The translations under genes and the position numbers were made by a program. DNA of 64,000 nucleotides from Thermoproteota archaeon (lineage in GTDB: Archaea > Thermoproteota > EX4484-205 > JAAOZP01), in the NCBI GenBank assembly GCA_049700215.1, contig JBNAVT010000006.1, positions 21,731 through 85,730 on the forward strand, read 5' to 3'. Positions 28,002-38,405 of the stretch are shown here, one piece after another; within the stretch, counting starts at the first letter, position 1, and the number at the start of each line of letters is the position of its first letter. The notes below the pieces were generated by a model. It ran no database searches. It was not told where the DNA came from and worked only from the letters and a program-made list of their open reading frames with translations.

Positions 28002-29293
28002 ATGAAGTGCAGGGAATCCCTCCTGAAAGTTCTACCTGTTGTAGTATGTAGGGAGGAAGAGATGAAGGAAGTAGAGTTTAAGAAAAGCATGGAGGAACTG
28101 AAGAAAAATATTTCAAAAATATTTCAAAAATATTTCAGATTCTGGAAGAGTGTGTCATCAACGGCGAAAAGGATCTCGTTAAGCTTGAAAAACGTGTTCC
28201 TGAGGCTGACGTAATCCTCCTTTATAAACCAAGATTGGGGCTGGGGAGTTATGTGGCCAAAATCGTCGAGTCAAACCTTCCTGTGATTCTCTTCAACAAG
28301 GAGGGCTCTGTTTGGACTCCACTCGACGCCTTGGAATATGTTTATCCGAGAAACAATGTTTGGGTTGCTGTTGACCATGAGGATATAGGTTTTCGGCTGA
28401 AGATCCTTGAGGCGAAGAAAAGAATAAGCAACACGAAACTGCTTGTTTTAAACGCGAATTACCCTCATTGGGGGAGATTCCTCACCCGTATCTCCGGAGG
28501 GTTGAACATGGTTAAAGAGAGGCTTGGAATAAAGGTTGAGTATGTTCGGAGTGAAGAAGTTTTGAAAAGATGGGAAGAAGTAGGAGAGGAAAGAGTAAGA
28601 GAGGTTGTTGAGAAATGGATGGGCCAGGCAGAGAAGATAATCGAGCCTTCGAGAAGCGACGTTGAGAAGGCTGCGAGACTATATCTTGTGATGAAGGATC
28701 TTTTGAGCGAGAAGGATGCTCAAGGGTTGACTATGGCTTACGGCGATAACCCTTTACCCGTTCCCTGTTTCGCATACGTTACGCTGAGGGATGAGGGAGT
28801 ACCTGCCGCATGCGAGGCAGACATAATCTCCCTGCTTTCTATGATTGTTCTGCATTATCTCACCGGTAAACCCTGCTTCATGGGCAATATTTTCATCGAC
28901 CTGGAGAACAACATGCTTATGATTAGTCATTGTGTTGCTCCAACGAAGATGGCTGGCTACGATGAACCCGCCCTCCCCTATGTTTTAAGGAATCAGCACT
29001 GGGGTTTGCCAGCCGGTGTTTTAAGCGCCTTCGTCCCGATGAACCCTGAACAGGAGGTTACAGTTTGCCGTTTAGACGGCGAGTTGAAGAATATGCTAAT
29101 TACTAAAGGAGTTATTGAAGAATGTCAGGATCTGGAAGAATATTGTCGCAACACGGTTAGTATAAGAATTAGCGATGTGAAGAAGTTTATCCACAGCACA
29201 TCAGGCAACCATCACGTTATGGTTTATGGCGATCATAGGAAAGAGATTAGAGAACTGAATAAATTATTCGGCATCAATACAATCGAAGTGTGA
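28002..29293 (+). pseudogene. L-fucose/L-arabinose isomerase-like protein, frameshifted by an 11-bp tandem repeat
   Basis: PCFAY, ACEAD, SHC, CRNTV, GNHHVMVYGD motifs; ORFs 28002-28214 and 28235-29293 fuse if one repeat unit is removed. Confidence 0.75.
28104..28136 (+). repeat. Tandem repeat (AAAAATATTTC)x3
   Basis: Three perfect 11-bp units read directly. Confidence 0.95.
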
Positions 29294-29294
29294 G

Positions 29295-29900
29295 GTGACT
29301 GATAAACTGGGCTTAAAGAAGAGAAAGGTTCTAGGCGTGTCGTTCAGCGCAAGAAAAGAGGGGAACTGCTTAAGATTAGTAACTTATTGTCTGAATAAGT
29401 TTAGGGAGCAAGGTTTTGAAACAGAAGTTTTGAATGCTTACGAGCATGAAATCATCCCCTGCAGCCATTGCAATTACGAGTGTTTCAACGATAAGGAGTG
29501 CCCCCTTAAAGATGATGCCCCACTAATATACCAGAAGTGTGTGTCCGCTGATATTTTAATCTTCAGTATCCCGACTTACGGGGGGCATCTTTCGTCCCTA
29601 TATTTCGCTTTCGCGGAACGTTCGCAGGCAGTTTTCAAAAGTTTTCAAGAATGTAAGGAAAAGCTGTTGAAAAAAATTAACTTTATAATCATCGGTAATC
29701 TTTCAGCCGGAGGCGACATGGCTCTTCACGAGGCGCTCTATAGCTTCGTAAACCTTAGTTTCTGGCCTGAAACACTCCTATTCCCTGCGAGAGAATACGG
29801 GAGGAGCTCGATCAAAGGCGATTTGATCAACGACCCTGAGGTGAAGAAAAGGCTCGACAGGTTTGTGGAAATCATGCTGAAAAAAGCTGAGAAGCAGTAG
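29295..29900 (+). CDS. Flavodoxin-family iron-sulfur flavoprotein / NADPH-dependent FMN reductase
   Basis: SARKEGNC, CSHCNYEC..C, ADILIFSIPTYGG. Confidence 0.82.
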   Translation: MTDKLGLKKRKVLGVSFSARKEGNCLRLVTYCLNKFREQGFETEVLNAYEHEIIPCSHCNYECFNDKECPLKDDAPLIYQKCVSADILIFSIPTYGGHLSSLYFAFAERSQAVFKSFQECKEKLLKKINFIIIGNLSAGGDMALHEALYSFVNLSFWPETLLFPAREYGRSSIKGDLINDPEVKKRLDRFVEIMLKKAEKQ

Positions 29901-30059
29901 GAGGCAGAGTTATGCGAATATTGGGAACGCGGTGAAAAGAACCATAGGGATTCGTTTTTCAAGCATTACACACAGCGGGTTTCGTTCGTTTCTTCTTTCA
30001 AGAAACATTTTACACCCTTCTTCGAACGCGCAGGGCCATCCTTGCCCTCGCTTTACTAC

Positions 30060-30731
30060 CTATACCTTCCCACGAACACCTTGTTCTTCGTATTGGGAAT
30101 TTCTGGGCAAACCTTTGATGAAGGGGTTGGCGGTGAGGGAAGGGGCTTGGTCCCGGGATGGCATAAAAACGTTATACGCTTTATATTCGGCCCCGAACTC
30201 GCGTAAAGTCTTTAAAACGATTTCCGTGTTCTCACGTGGTACAATAGTTACTCCACGACCTATCTTGCAGCCACCGGCACGAACTATTACTCCCTTTCTA
30301 CCGTGCAACCTGTATTCCAATTTTAACTTCTTTCGCTGAGTCAGCTTGTCCAACCTATACTCTATTATAGACATTGCTTTAAGTGGACCTGCAAAGGCAG
30401 AGGTTGTGACTGGATATCTCTGGTAAAGCACTACGCCTTCTTCGAATACTGTCTTTACAAAGTCGGCATTCAATTTATCGATTTCCTCCAACGCTACAGG
30501 CATAGCCTGGATGAAGAAACCAGTTTTATTAGTAGTCTCATAGAGTTTTTCTAGGCTTTTTAACATCTCCTCCCTATTCTCGAAAACTATGAGGAGATCA
30601 TAGTCCGAATACGCATCGTATTCCTTCCTCGCTCTGCTCCCAAAGAGTATGCAAAGCACTATGCCCTCTATGCTTGCCAGTGCCCTTGCGATCCTATTTA
30701 AGTCTGATTCGAGTCTTAGATGCAACTTCAT
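30060..30731 (-). CDS. Minimal nucleotidyltransferase (MNT) with an extra C-terminal domain
   Basis: LFGSRAR...SDYDLL motif; adjacent to a HEPN gene. Confidence 0.85.
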   Translation of the reverse strand: MKLHLRLESDLNRIARALASIEGIVLCILFGSRARKEYDAYSDYDLLIVFENREEMLKSLEKLYETTNKTGFFIQAMPVALEEIDKLNADFVKTVFEEGVVLYQRYPVTTSAFAGPLKAMSIIEYRLDKLTQRKKLKLEYRLHGRKGVIVRAGGCKIGRGVTIVPRENTEIVLKTLREFGAEYKAYNVFMPSRDQAPSLTANPFIKGLPRNSQYEEQGVRGKV

Positions 30732-31062
30732 TCATGATCACCTCCATCGCCTCCACTACCTTCGCGGCACGTTCCCCATCGATGCCGTCATAACCTAAGA
30801 GGCCGTAAGATCCCCATAGCAGGTCGTAGGTGGCTCCGATTCCCGGAAAGTTCCGCTTCAGCCAAGCAGCTCTTTCGGCATGTGCGCTTCTAGGGTTCTT
30901 GTGGAAATGGAGACCATTACGCGAGGCTGCTGCCTCTATCGCCTGTTCCACCGCTTTTAACGCTAGGTCAGCTACGTTCGAGAACCTTCCCTTTCCAAGC
31001 TCGTCGATTGCCCCCTCTCTTTTCTCCCTCGCGATTCTTGCGTGATATTCTGCATCACCCAT
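30694..31062 (-). CDS. HEPN-domain protein
   Basis: Helical 122 aa, ALKAVEQAIEA, LGYDG; overlaps the MNT gene. Confidence 0.75.
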   Translation of the reverse strand: MGDAEYHARIAREKREGAIDELGKGRFSNVADLALKAVEQAIEAAASRNGLHFHKNPRSAHAERAAWLKRNFPGIGATYDLLWGSYGLLGYDGIDGERAAKVVEAMEVIMNEVASKTRIRLK

Positions 31063-31112
31063 CCTTACGTCATATAATATGAAAATATCATACTATATTA
31101 ACTTTACGCAGA

Positions 31113-31122
31113 AGCGCGCGCT
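31113..31122. repeat. Palindromic junction motif AGCGCGCGCT between the HEPN-MNT promoter and the next gene
   Basis: Read directly. Confidence 0.8.
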
Positions 31123-31150
31123 ACGCTTGGTGAAGCGGGGGGACCTCTAA

Positions 31151-32863
31151 TTATTCCTCACCCATTCTCTTGGCCCAGTCTTCCAGCTTCATGCCCTCGC
31201 TAATGTGTGTAACACCCGCCCTACGGGCTATCTTGAGAAACCTGCGTAGCAACTCTAATCGTTCCTTGTCTTTAACCCGGTTCGTCGCCAGCTTGACGTA
31301 CCAGACTGGTAGGCGGGCTACCTGCACGCGGAAACGGGTCTCCTCGCTGTCAGCCAGCCGCTCCGCCTCGTCAAAAAGTTTTTCAGCCTCCTCCAGAAAC
31401 TCGTCGTCCAGGAACGGGGATGTCGGCGGGTCGTAAATGTGAACGTGAACGCCCTTCTCCCTAGCCTTCCTGTGCAACAGCTTTATGTAGGCTCTGACAG
31501 CATTCGCCGCTCCACCGTAATAGCCTTCTAGAAAATCGTCAACATGCTTCTGCAGGTCAGTGTCAGGGTTCCAGAGTAGCTTCGCCAGCAGGTATGCTCT
31601 CAGCGGCGCCATCTCCCCGTTTCCACCGGGAGAATAGTTGCCCTGTTCAAACAAGCCTTTGACACCGTGTTTGACGAAAAACCTTACGTTCGCCTGAAGG
31701 ACTTCGATGTTTGGGAAGGGCTGAACGTAATGGGCGAAGTTAGTCGTATAATCCCAGACGTAAAGCACTGGGGAAACCAGCTGCCAGGCTTCAATGTCTC
31801 TGCGGAAACTCTTGTTCTCCTCCGACGGGCAGCTTTCCAACGGGTGGGAGAAGCAGCACTCAATGGAGCAGAGCCTGATTATAACGTTTCCCCGGGGGCG
31901 AAGGGTTTTCGGAGGCTTACGGCTATACTGGTAGGCGAGTGTCTCCACGCGAACGTTCGGGTAATCGTGTTCAACGGATTCAGCGATCTTGTTTACGAAC
32001 ATGATGAGCGACGCGGCTGGGCTCTCCTCCGCCTCGTCGAATGCTTTGCATTCTGGGCACTGACACCAGTTGCCAGTGTCGTTCTGCGAAACATCGATGA
32101 TGGTCGCGTCAGGGTGTTCTTCCAACCATTTCCGCACACGTTCAACCGCGATTTCAACAAGCTCAGGGTTGGATAAGCATCTTTGAACATACCCGCTGAC
32201 ACGTTTGCCATCTACCATAGGCCAGAACTCCGGGTGTTGCTCGCAGATTTCACGGGGTATTAACTGGTCTAAACTGTGTACAAAAGGATGGAATACGGCC
32301 GCCCGTCCACCGTGTTTCTCAGTTAAACGGTAATGGTGCCCGTTCAACCTATGGCGGGCGGCGAAATCAGCGTCCCGCAGCATCTCCGTCCAGAAGACTT
32401 CGCGATACTCTAAAACCGGTTTCTGCATCTCGTCTAGGGAAGGGATTTCGATACGCGTCATATTGGGCACATGCTCCACTTCAGGAGTGAGCCAGCGGAC
32501 GCCGAGCTTCTCCTCCAGCAGGGCGTAGACACCGTAAAGCGTTCCACGGGGCCTGCCGCCAACTATCACCAGATGATTGCTGAATGTTCTAAGCAGGAAG
32601 CCTTCTGAGCCAAGTTTAGACAGGTCAACACGCAATCCTAAGCTTTGCAGATGCTTGTTGTCGCCAAGCATTATTTCATGGCTTACCATCGGCTGGTCGT
32701 CTGCAGTAATAGGGAGTTTCACGCCGCTGATGCGCTCAAAGTATTTCTGTAGCTCTTCAGCAGCATAGTGCTCCGACGGGATTGCGTCCACAGGTATGAT
32801 GATGCGGTAGGGGCTTTCACCTTCATCCACCAACACGATCCGCTGTGGTATAGCATGCATCAT
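31151..32863 (-). CDS. DUF4838-type putative glycoside hydrolase with a GH67/GH20-like N-terminal domain
   Basis: AAEELQKYFERISG, RGTLYGVYALLEEKLGVRW, SQND..WCQC..C, LAYQYSRKPP, KLLWNP. Confidence 0.8.
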   Translation of the reverse strand: MMHAIPQRIVLVDEGESPYRIIIPVDAIPSEHYAAEELQKYFERISGVKLPITADDQPMVSHEIMLGDNKHLQSLGLRVDLSKLGSEGFLLRTFSNHLVIVGGRPRGTLYGVYALLEEKLGVRWLTPEVEHVPNMTRIEIPSLDEMQKPVLEYREVFWTEMLRDADFAARHRLNGHHYRLTEKHGGRAAVFHPFVHSLDQLIPREICEQHPEFWPMVDGKRVSGYVQRCLSNPELVEIAVERVRKWLEEHPDATIIDVSQNDTGNWCQCPECKAFDEAEESPAASLIMFVNKIAESVEHDYPNVRVETLAYQYSRKPPKTLRPRGNVIIRLCSIECCFSHPLESCPSEENKSFRRDIEAWQLVSPVLYVWDYTTNFAHYVQPFPNIEVLQANVRFFVKHGVKGLFEQGNYSPGGNGEMAPLRAYLLAKLLWNPDTDLQKHVDDFLEGYYGGAANAVRAYIKLLHRKAREKGVHVHIYDPPTSPFLDDEFLEEAEKLFDEAERLADSEETRFRVQVARLPVWYVKLATNRVKDKERLELLRRFLKIARRAGVTHISEGMKLEDWAKRMGEE

Positions 32864-32982
32864 CCTTGAAACTGTAATTCTAACTATAAAAGCCTTACGA
32901 GGTTTCTTGTAAGATGAATGGGAGAAAATGAGGATGAAAAATTTAAATTCTCCGTTTTAGGCCGGCACCCCTACAGGATCTT

Positions 32983-34232
32983 ATGGGTCTGCTCAGAAGG
33001 ATGATCAACAGGCTTTCGGATTACCTGGTTTTAGACGAAAATCTTCGCGTTCTCTCATTCGTCAACGCCGTTATGAGTTTCGCCGGTAGCCTTTATGGGT
33101 CTCTGCTCGGTCTCTATATCACAGGTACTTTAGGCGTCTCCATTCTCGTATTCGGTTTCATGAACACTGCTAGGGATTTAGTGTCAAGCCTAGCCAGCTT
33201 CCCATCCGGTGTAGTCTCAGACATCTTTGGAATGAAGAAAATGATGTTGCTGGCTATTGTCTTCTCCATTTTAACTCTACTCCTTCTCTTCTTATTCAAG
33301 GATCCTTTCTGGCTGCTCATAGCACTGGTCTTCCAAGGCTTGAGCACGAGCTTCATGGGTCCTTCCAGCAGCTCGTATGTCATAGATGTGGTGCCTAAAG
33401 AGAAAAGAGGCAAGGCCTATGCGACACTCGCTTTCCTGCAGAGCCTTAGCAGCATCATTGCAACATCCATCGCTGGCATAATAGCCGTATTACTTGGCTT
33501 TTACTGGCTTTTCGCGGTAGCTTTGATTCTTGAGTCGGCCACCTTATGCGGCACCATGCTTTTCTTAAAAGAATCCTTAGGCTCCGCGTTAGAAAGGGTT
33601 GAGGAGAGGCGAAGGGACGGTTTATCCTTCATGAATTTTAAGAATGGCTTGAGTAGTCTGAAAAACCCGTTACTGTTCGCAGTCTTACTAGGCATAATGT
33701 TTCACACATTGGGATTAGGTATTCAGGGTCCTTACCTAGCCATATATGCTGAAGATGTTTTAGCGTTCTCCCTGCCTACCATAAGCTTGATGCTCAGCGC
33801 GGAGCAGCTGGGCATCTTGATCGGCCACTTGCCGAGTGGAAAGATAGTTGACAAGCATGGGGGAGAGATATCTTTCGCCTTCCACATAGCTGCAACCTCT
33901 CCATGCATGATTCTCTTCACGATTTCGAAAAACCCTTTCTGGCGAGCGCAATCCTACTCCTCTGGGGCTTAACGTTCGGGCTGGACAACGTAAGCAGGCA
34001 GAGCCTTATAGCTAAGTATCGGTCGCAAGCCGGTGTTGCCACGGCATACGGAATAATTAACCTGATATCCGGGATGGTGGCCCTGATCTCGCCGGCGATC
34101 GGAGGATTAATTTGGACCCAATTCTCGCCGCAGGCAGTATTCTACGCTTCCGCGGCAATAAACGTGCTGGGCTCCCTACCCCTGTTTATGCTCTGGCTGC
34201 GTAACAGGAAGCGTTACAATCATTACGACTAA
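32983..34232 (+). pseudogene. MFS transporter with a single frameshift
   Basis: GVVSDIFGMK and GKIVDKHG MFS motif A; ORFs 32983-33972 and 33903-34232 join with one extra base near 33933-33939. Confidence 0.8.
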
Positions 34233-34284
34233 TCGCCTTTATCCACGTATCTATGTGGTAAAGAGGGGTGAAATAGGTCTTCCT

Positions 34285-35182
34285 TTACATTATTTTTAGA
34301 ATCTCCTTAATCCGGCATATGCAAGACTCCTCGGCTTTCCGCGCTTCACGAAGCGCTTCCGTCTTCGCATCGTCGGCAAGCTCCTCGCCTCTAGCCTTGT
34401 CAAGCAGCCTAGCAATTTTTCCGTATTCACTACTCAGCTCTCTTGCTGTTTCTGAAACAGCGCCTTTCATTTTTCAACGGGATCTCCATGAAGCAGCTGG
34501 ACGCCATTTCCATGCACTCGGCTCATACTGTTCCGTTCCACCAGTCCCCGTGGCTCGACCCTAAACCCTAGTTCACGGCTTTCACCCACGTGTCATAAGC
34601 CAAGACCAACATAATAGTGCTTGAACATCCATTTTCCAGGATTCTCAACCATGTCAAGCGCGCATGACGGTTCTTTCATCAGCCTTCTCCGTCTTACTGA
34701 AGCTGAAGAAGGTCACATGAGTTTCATCCCCAGTTCCTTCCACATTTCAAACGTGAGAGTCTTGCATGTAATAGTTAGGTCGACGGAGGGCCACGGCTGC
34801 TTCAATAAGAAACGCTTGTCATCATACCCTGTGATCAACTGGCTCTCCATGTTTAGCATGGAGCAGGGCATGCATGCGTCAATGCTCCTCCTCAGAACGC
34901 TCTCGACCCTCCTACGCTCCTCTAGAGTACTCTTGGCATGGAAGAACCCGAGGTCCGTCATACCTATACCAAGGTTCTCCACCAGCCTGTAGAAGGTTTC
35001 ATAGTTCCAAGCATATGGACCGCTTGGACAGATCTGGAGAGGGGAGAGAGGTTCTCCCTTGAAGTTCCAAAACACTCTTTTTATCATCCAGCTTTTAAGA
35101 TCGTAGCTTGCGTGAAAGCTGACAACGGGCTTACTTTCGTCAAACGCCTTATACGATGTCCACTTGTAGCCTGCGATGAGGA
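34285..35182 (-). pseudogene. Decayed hypothetical protein gene with several frameshifts and stops
   Basis: Segments ICPSGPYAWN..., LITGYDD, SHGDWWNGTV, ARELSSEY.. lie in different frames; the first frame stays open up to the palindrome at 35183-35191. Confidence 0.6.
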
Positions 35183-35223
35183 AGCGCGCGCCAGCTACGA
35201 CGGCTAATGCAGCACGTATCCCG

Positions 35224-35994
35224 TCAAAGTATTATGCAGAAGGGACCCAGTATTGAAGCTAAAACGTTCTCCTCGGGAAACGGGTGGCCCCTGTGCTGGC
35301 GGAAAGCTTCCGCATACTTCCTTCCGACCTCCGAGCCTCTCTCCATGGCCCACCGTCTCATCTGAAGTATGTATTCATCTATGCCGTGCTGCGCGCGCAA
35401 CCATTCTCTCTGGCTTCTGTGTTGAGCAAGCATTCTCTCTTTAACTCTGATCGTCGAGCCTATATCCACGTAGAAACCCGCGTGAACCTTCTCGCCAAAC
35501 CTGTTCCTGCCTCCAATGGCGTCCGCGTAGAACAGGAATGGTATTCTACTAGTCGGCTTCGCAGGGTTAGCATGGTTCGTCACGTAGTTGGGTATCGACG
35601 CGTTGAAGCAAGCGTCCCACATGAGGTCTGCAGTCAACTGGTGGTCTATCATGTAGTCCTCCGGCGAGTGAGTTATGACGATGTCCGGGTTAACTCTTCT
35701 CATAAGCTCCACTGCTTTGAAACGAGTCCTGTTTTCAAAAACCAGATGCAGGTCTGATTCTCCGAGACACGCGTAGGGTGCGTCGAGAATTCTCGCGGCT
35801 TTCTCGGCCTCTCTGAACCTGATGCTGGCGATCTCCTGGCTCCTAAGCTTTATTGACCCCATGTCTCCTGTGCAAACCGTCGCGATGAAAATCCTCCATC
35901 CTTTTCTACGGAGGAGAGCAAGAGTGCCCGCCATTAAAAACTCAACATCATCAGGGTGCGCGCCCACTGCTAGCACAATCCTGTTTCTCTCCAA
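35224..35994 (-). CDS. PIG-L/LmbE family deacetylase
   Basis: AHPDDVE, THSPEDYMIDH, HRSQ, YAEAF motifs. Confidence 0.92.
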   Translation of the reverse strand: MERNRIVLAVGAHPDDVEFLMAGTLALLRRKGWRIFIATVCTGDMGSIKLRSQEIASIRFREAEKAARILDAPYACLGESDLHLVFENRTRFKAVELMRRVNPDIVITHSPEDYMIDHQLTADLMWDACFNASIPNYVTNHANPAKPTSRIPFLFYADAIGGRNRFGEKVHAGFYVDIGSTIRVKERMLAQHRSQREWLRAQHGIDEYILQMRRWAMERGSEVGRKYAEAFRQHRGHPFPEENVLASILGPFCIIL

Positions 35995-36122
35995 CCTTGG
36001 CTGCTACAACTCAATAGAAACTTATAAGGTTGCCTGCATGAACCACAGTATGGCTCCGCTTGGAGGAGAACACATATAAGCTTAAGCAGGTTAATCATGT
36101 GCAAGCCGGATGGTGAACAAGT

Positions 36123-37493
36123 TTGGCTAGCAGGCTGAGCCAAAGGGAAATAAGCTTTATCGCCGCCGAGATAATCGAGGAAACCAGGCCCAAGATAAAC
36201 CTTGGCCTCAGAATAACCAGGGAGGAGTATGAGAAAAGATGGAGTATTCTTCAAAACAGGATGAGCTTGAAAGGCTACGGCCTCGCGTACGCGTGCGGCA
36301 GCGAGCTCGACAGGTCTGACATCGCTTGGCTCGCTGGTGTCTTCGACCCAATAATAGAGCGCTATGGTATTCTTATTCCCTCTGAAGGCAGGCCGGTTGT
36401 ACTTGCTGGCCCAGAGGGTGGTCATGTCATAGAGGAGGCAGTCGAGGAGTCGGGTGCAGACATCGTTTTCCTGAGAGAGTTCCAGATTTCTGACGAGGAC
36501 TATAGGCACGCCCGCTTCACTTCTCTCCGAGAGGTTTTGAAACGCATAGGGGTTTCAGAGGACAGTCGCGTAGCAATTCTGTCAAGCCCGCAAGCCGTAC
36601 CATACGGGCAGGTTATGCTGCTCCACAGGGTTTTCGGCGTAAACAAGGTTTTTTTCGACGAGGAGCTTCTGCAGCGCATAAAATACGAGAAGTCCGACAG
36701 GGAGCTAGCAATATGCGAGATGGCTAACGTCATTGCTGACGCTGCCTTCAGGGCTATGCTGGCTGTTTCAACACCAGGGATGAGGGAGCTTGAGGTCGCC
36801 GGCGTCGGGGAATACGTTATGAGGGAGCTGGGTGCACGCAGAACCGGCTTCCCAACCATAGTGACATCCGGCGAAAGAAACTATACTGTAATAGGCCCGG
36901 CGACGAACAGGGTTATCCAGAGGGGTGACATGGTCTCCATGGGTGTCAGCCCGACTTTCAACGGTTACCATGGAGTAATAAGGAGGACCTTCAGGGTTGG
37001 CGAGCCGATGACCAAGGGCCAGAGAGATTTCCACAATGCTGTGGAGGGGCTTTACATCGTCGTGATGGAGGCGGTTAAGACGGCAGCCAGGGAGGGCTTG
37101 CCCTCGAACTATATTGACCGGCAGGGGAAGCAGTATCTTGAAAGACTGAGGCTCACGGGTTTTAACGGGGTTTCAACACCGGTTGAGCCGTACACGTTTA
37201 TCCATAACACTGGCTGCTCAGAGTGTCAAGAGGGGTATGGGGCTGTAACGCCTTATACTACACAGCCACTGGGCAGTCAGGCTGCTCTCATGATCGACGT
37301 TGCCCTGCTTGGCTTCAGGCAGAGGGGGAAACCACTCTTCGAAACCATTTACGACGTTATTGAGGACGCGTTCTGGAAGAAGGGCGGGGAAGTCGGGGTT
37401 TACAATAGGCTGCCGTTGAACGTGGAGCATCTTGTTGGGAACACGGAGCCTCTGGGCTCCAACCTGAACCCTTACCACAAGAGTTTCGCCTAG
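36123..37493 (+). CDS. M24 (pita-bread fold) family protein with a creatinase-like N-domain and atypical metal ligands
   Basis: KSDREL, PGMRELEVA, FPTIVTSG, GYHGVIRRT, IEDAF. Confidence 0.8.
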   Translation: MASRLSQREISFIAAEIIEETRPKINLGLRITREEYEKRWSILQNRMSLKGYGLAYACGSELDRSDIAWLAGVFDPIIERYGILIPSEGRPVVLAGPEGGHVIEEAVEESGADIVFLREFQISDEDYRHARFTSLREVLKRIGVSEDSRVAILSSPQAVPYGQVMLLHRVFGVNKVFFDEELLQRIKYEKSDRELAICEMANVIADAAFRAMLAVSTPGMRELEVAGVGEYVMRELGARRTGFPTIVTSGERNYTVIGPATNRVIQRGDMVSMGVSPTFNGYHGVIRRTFRVGEPMTKGQRDFHNAVEGLYIVVMEAVKTAAREGLPSNYIDRQGKQYLERLRLTGFNGVSTPVEPYTFIHNTGCSECQEGYGAVTPYTTQPLGSQAALMIDVALLGFRQRGKPLFETIYDVIEDAFWKKGGEVGVYNRLPLNVEHLVGNTEPLGSNLNPYHKSFA

Positions 37494-37514
37494 CAACCGT
37501 ATCTTAATGGTTTG

Positions 37515-37524
37515 AGCGCGCGCG
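37515..37524. repeat. Junction motif AGCGCGCGCG between two convergent genes
   Basis: Read directly. Confidence 0.7.
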
Positions 37525-37527
37525 GTC

Positions 37528-38343
37528 TCAGCCGGTTGAGGGTTTTTTCTTCTTCGCAACGATATGGAGGTGACCCCCATAGCCTACTATGGAGGGCTCC
37601 TCGCAAAGCATCAGCTCCAGCTCCAGGAGTTTCTCAGCCTTCTCCTCATCCTGGAGAAGCGCCACGGTTTCAGGCCTGGAGACGTAGGCCACGGTCTTGC
37701 CGACTATCTTAACGACTTCTAAACCCTTCTTCTCAAAGAGGCTCCTAAGGTCGGATGGTGAAAAAGCCCAGCAGTAGAAACCCCATGCTTCCGCGAAAAA
37801 CCTTCTCTCCTTAAGGATTTTGAAGGCCTCCTCCGGCCCCTTGCGAACCAGCATGCCCCTTACAACGCTGAACAGGCTGTCGAATCCAGCAGCCATGAAG
37901 CACCCGGGTTTAAGAACCCTAGCCAGTTCCTCGACTGCTTTATCAGGATTGCTGCAATAAGATATTGGGTCTCCCTCGGCGAGGACAAAGTCGAAACTAT
38001 CGTCGGGAAAATCTATCTCGCATATATCGCCCTCCTTAAAGACAACCATGTTTTCAAGGCTTTTCTCAACGATCTTGCGCCTAGCCACGTTCAACATTTC
38101 CCTAGATATGTCGTAGAGAACCGCTTTCAAGCCTTTTTCAACGATGGGGATGGTCCACTTTCCAGTGCCCCCGCCCGCATCCAGCATGACGCCCGACTCC
38201 GGGAGATACGGCTCTATATAGCGCCAAGTAATCTTGTCATACAGCTTCTTAAAGTATGGTGTTTCATACTCCTTATCATATTCTTCAGCAGTCTTCTCAT
38301 AGTATTTTATAACGTTGCGCTCCTGCTCCCCTGTAGCCTTCAT
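37528..38343 (-). CDS. Class I SAM-dependent methyltransferase
   Basis: LDAGGGTG, DISREML, SFDFV, RVLKPG. Confidence 0.9.
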   Translation of the reverse strand: MKATGEQERNVIKYYEKTAEEYDKEYETPYFKKLYDKITWRYIEPYLPESGVMLDAGGGTGKWTIPIVEKGLKAVLYDISREMLNVARRKIVEKSLENMVVFKEGDICEIDFPDDSFDFVLAEGDPISYCSNPDKAVEELARVLKPGCFMAAGFDSLFSVVRGMLVRKGPEEAFKILKERRFFAEAWGFYCWAFSPSDLRSLFEKKGLEVVKIVGKTVAYVSRPETVALLQDEEKAEKLLELELMLCEEPSIVGYGGHLHIVAKKKKPSTG

Positions 38344-38405
38344 GCTTAGCCAATCAGGCGGATTCTGGATTTGTTATATATGTTTTTCAGCAAACTGAAT
38401 AGAAT

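Noticed and set aside
28104-28136. Tandem repeat as a CRISPR remnant
   Set aside because: 11-bp units with no spacers and no cas genes.
33925-33940. Programmed frameshift in the MFS gene
   Set aside because: No precedent for this family and no clear stimulatory structure; a single-base loss or sequencing error is more likely.
35391-35398. GCGCGCGC inside the PIG-L deacetylase gene
   Set aside because: Encodes L-R-A-Q in an intact frame and lacks the A...T flanks; a counterexample showing not every CG tract is a junction. GCGCGC in rpl2 (2430-2435) is treated the same way.
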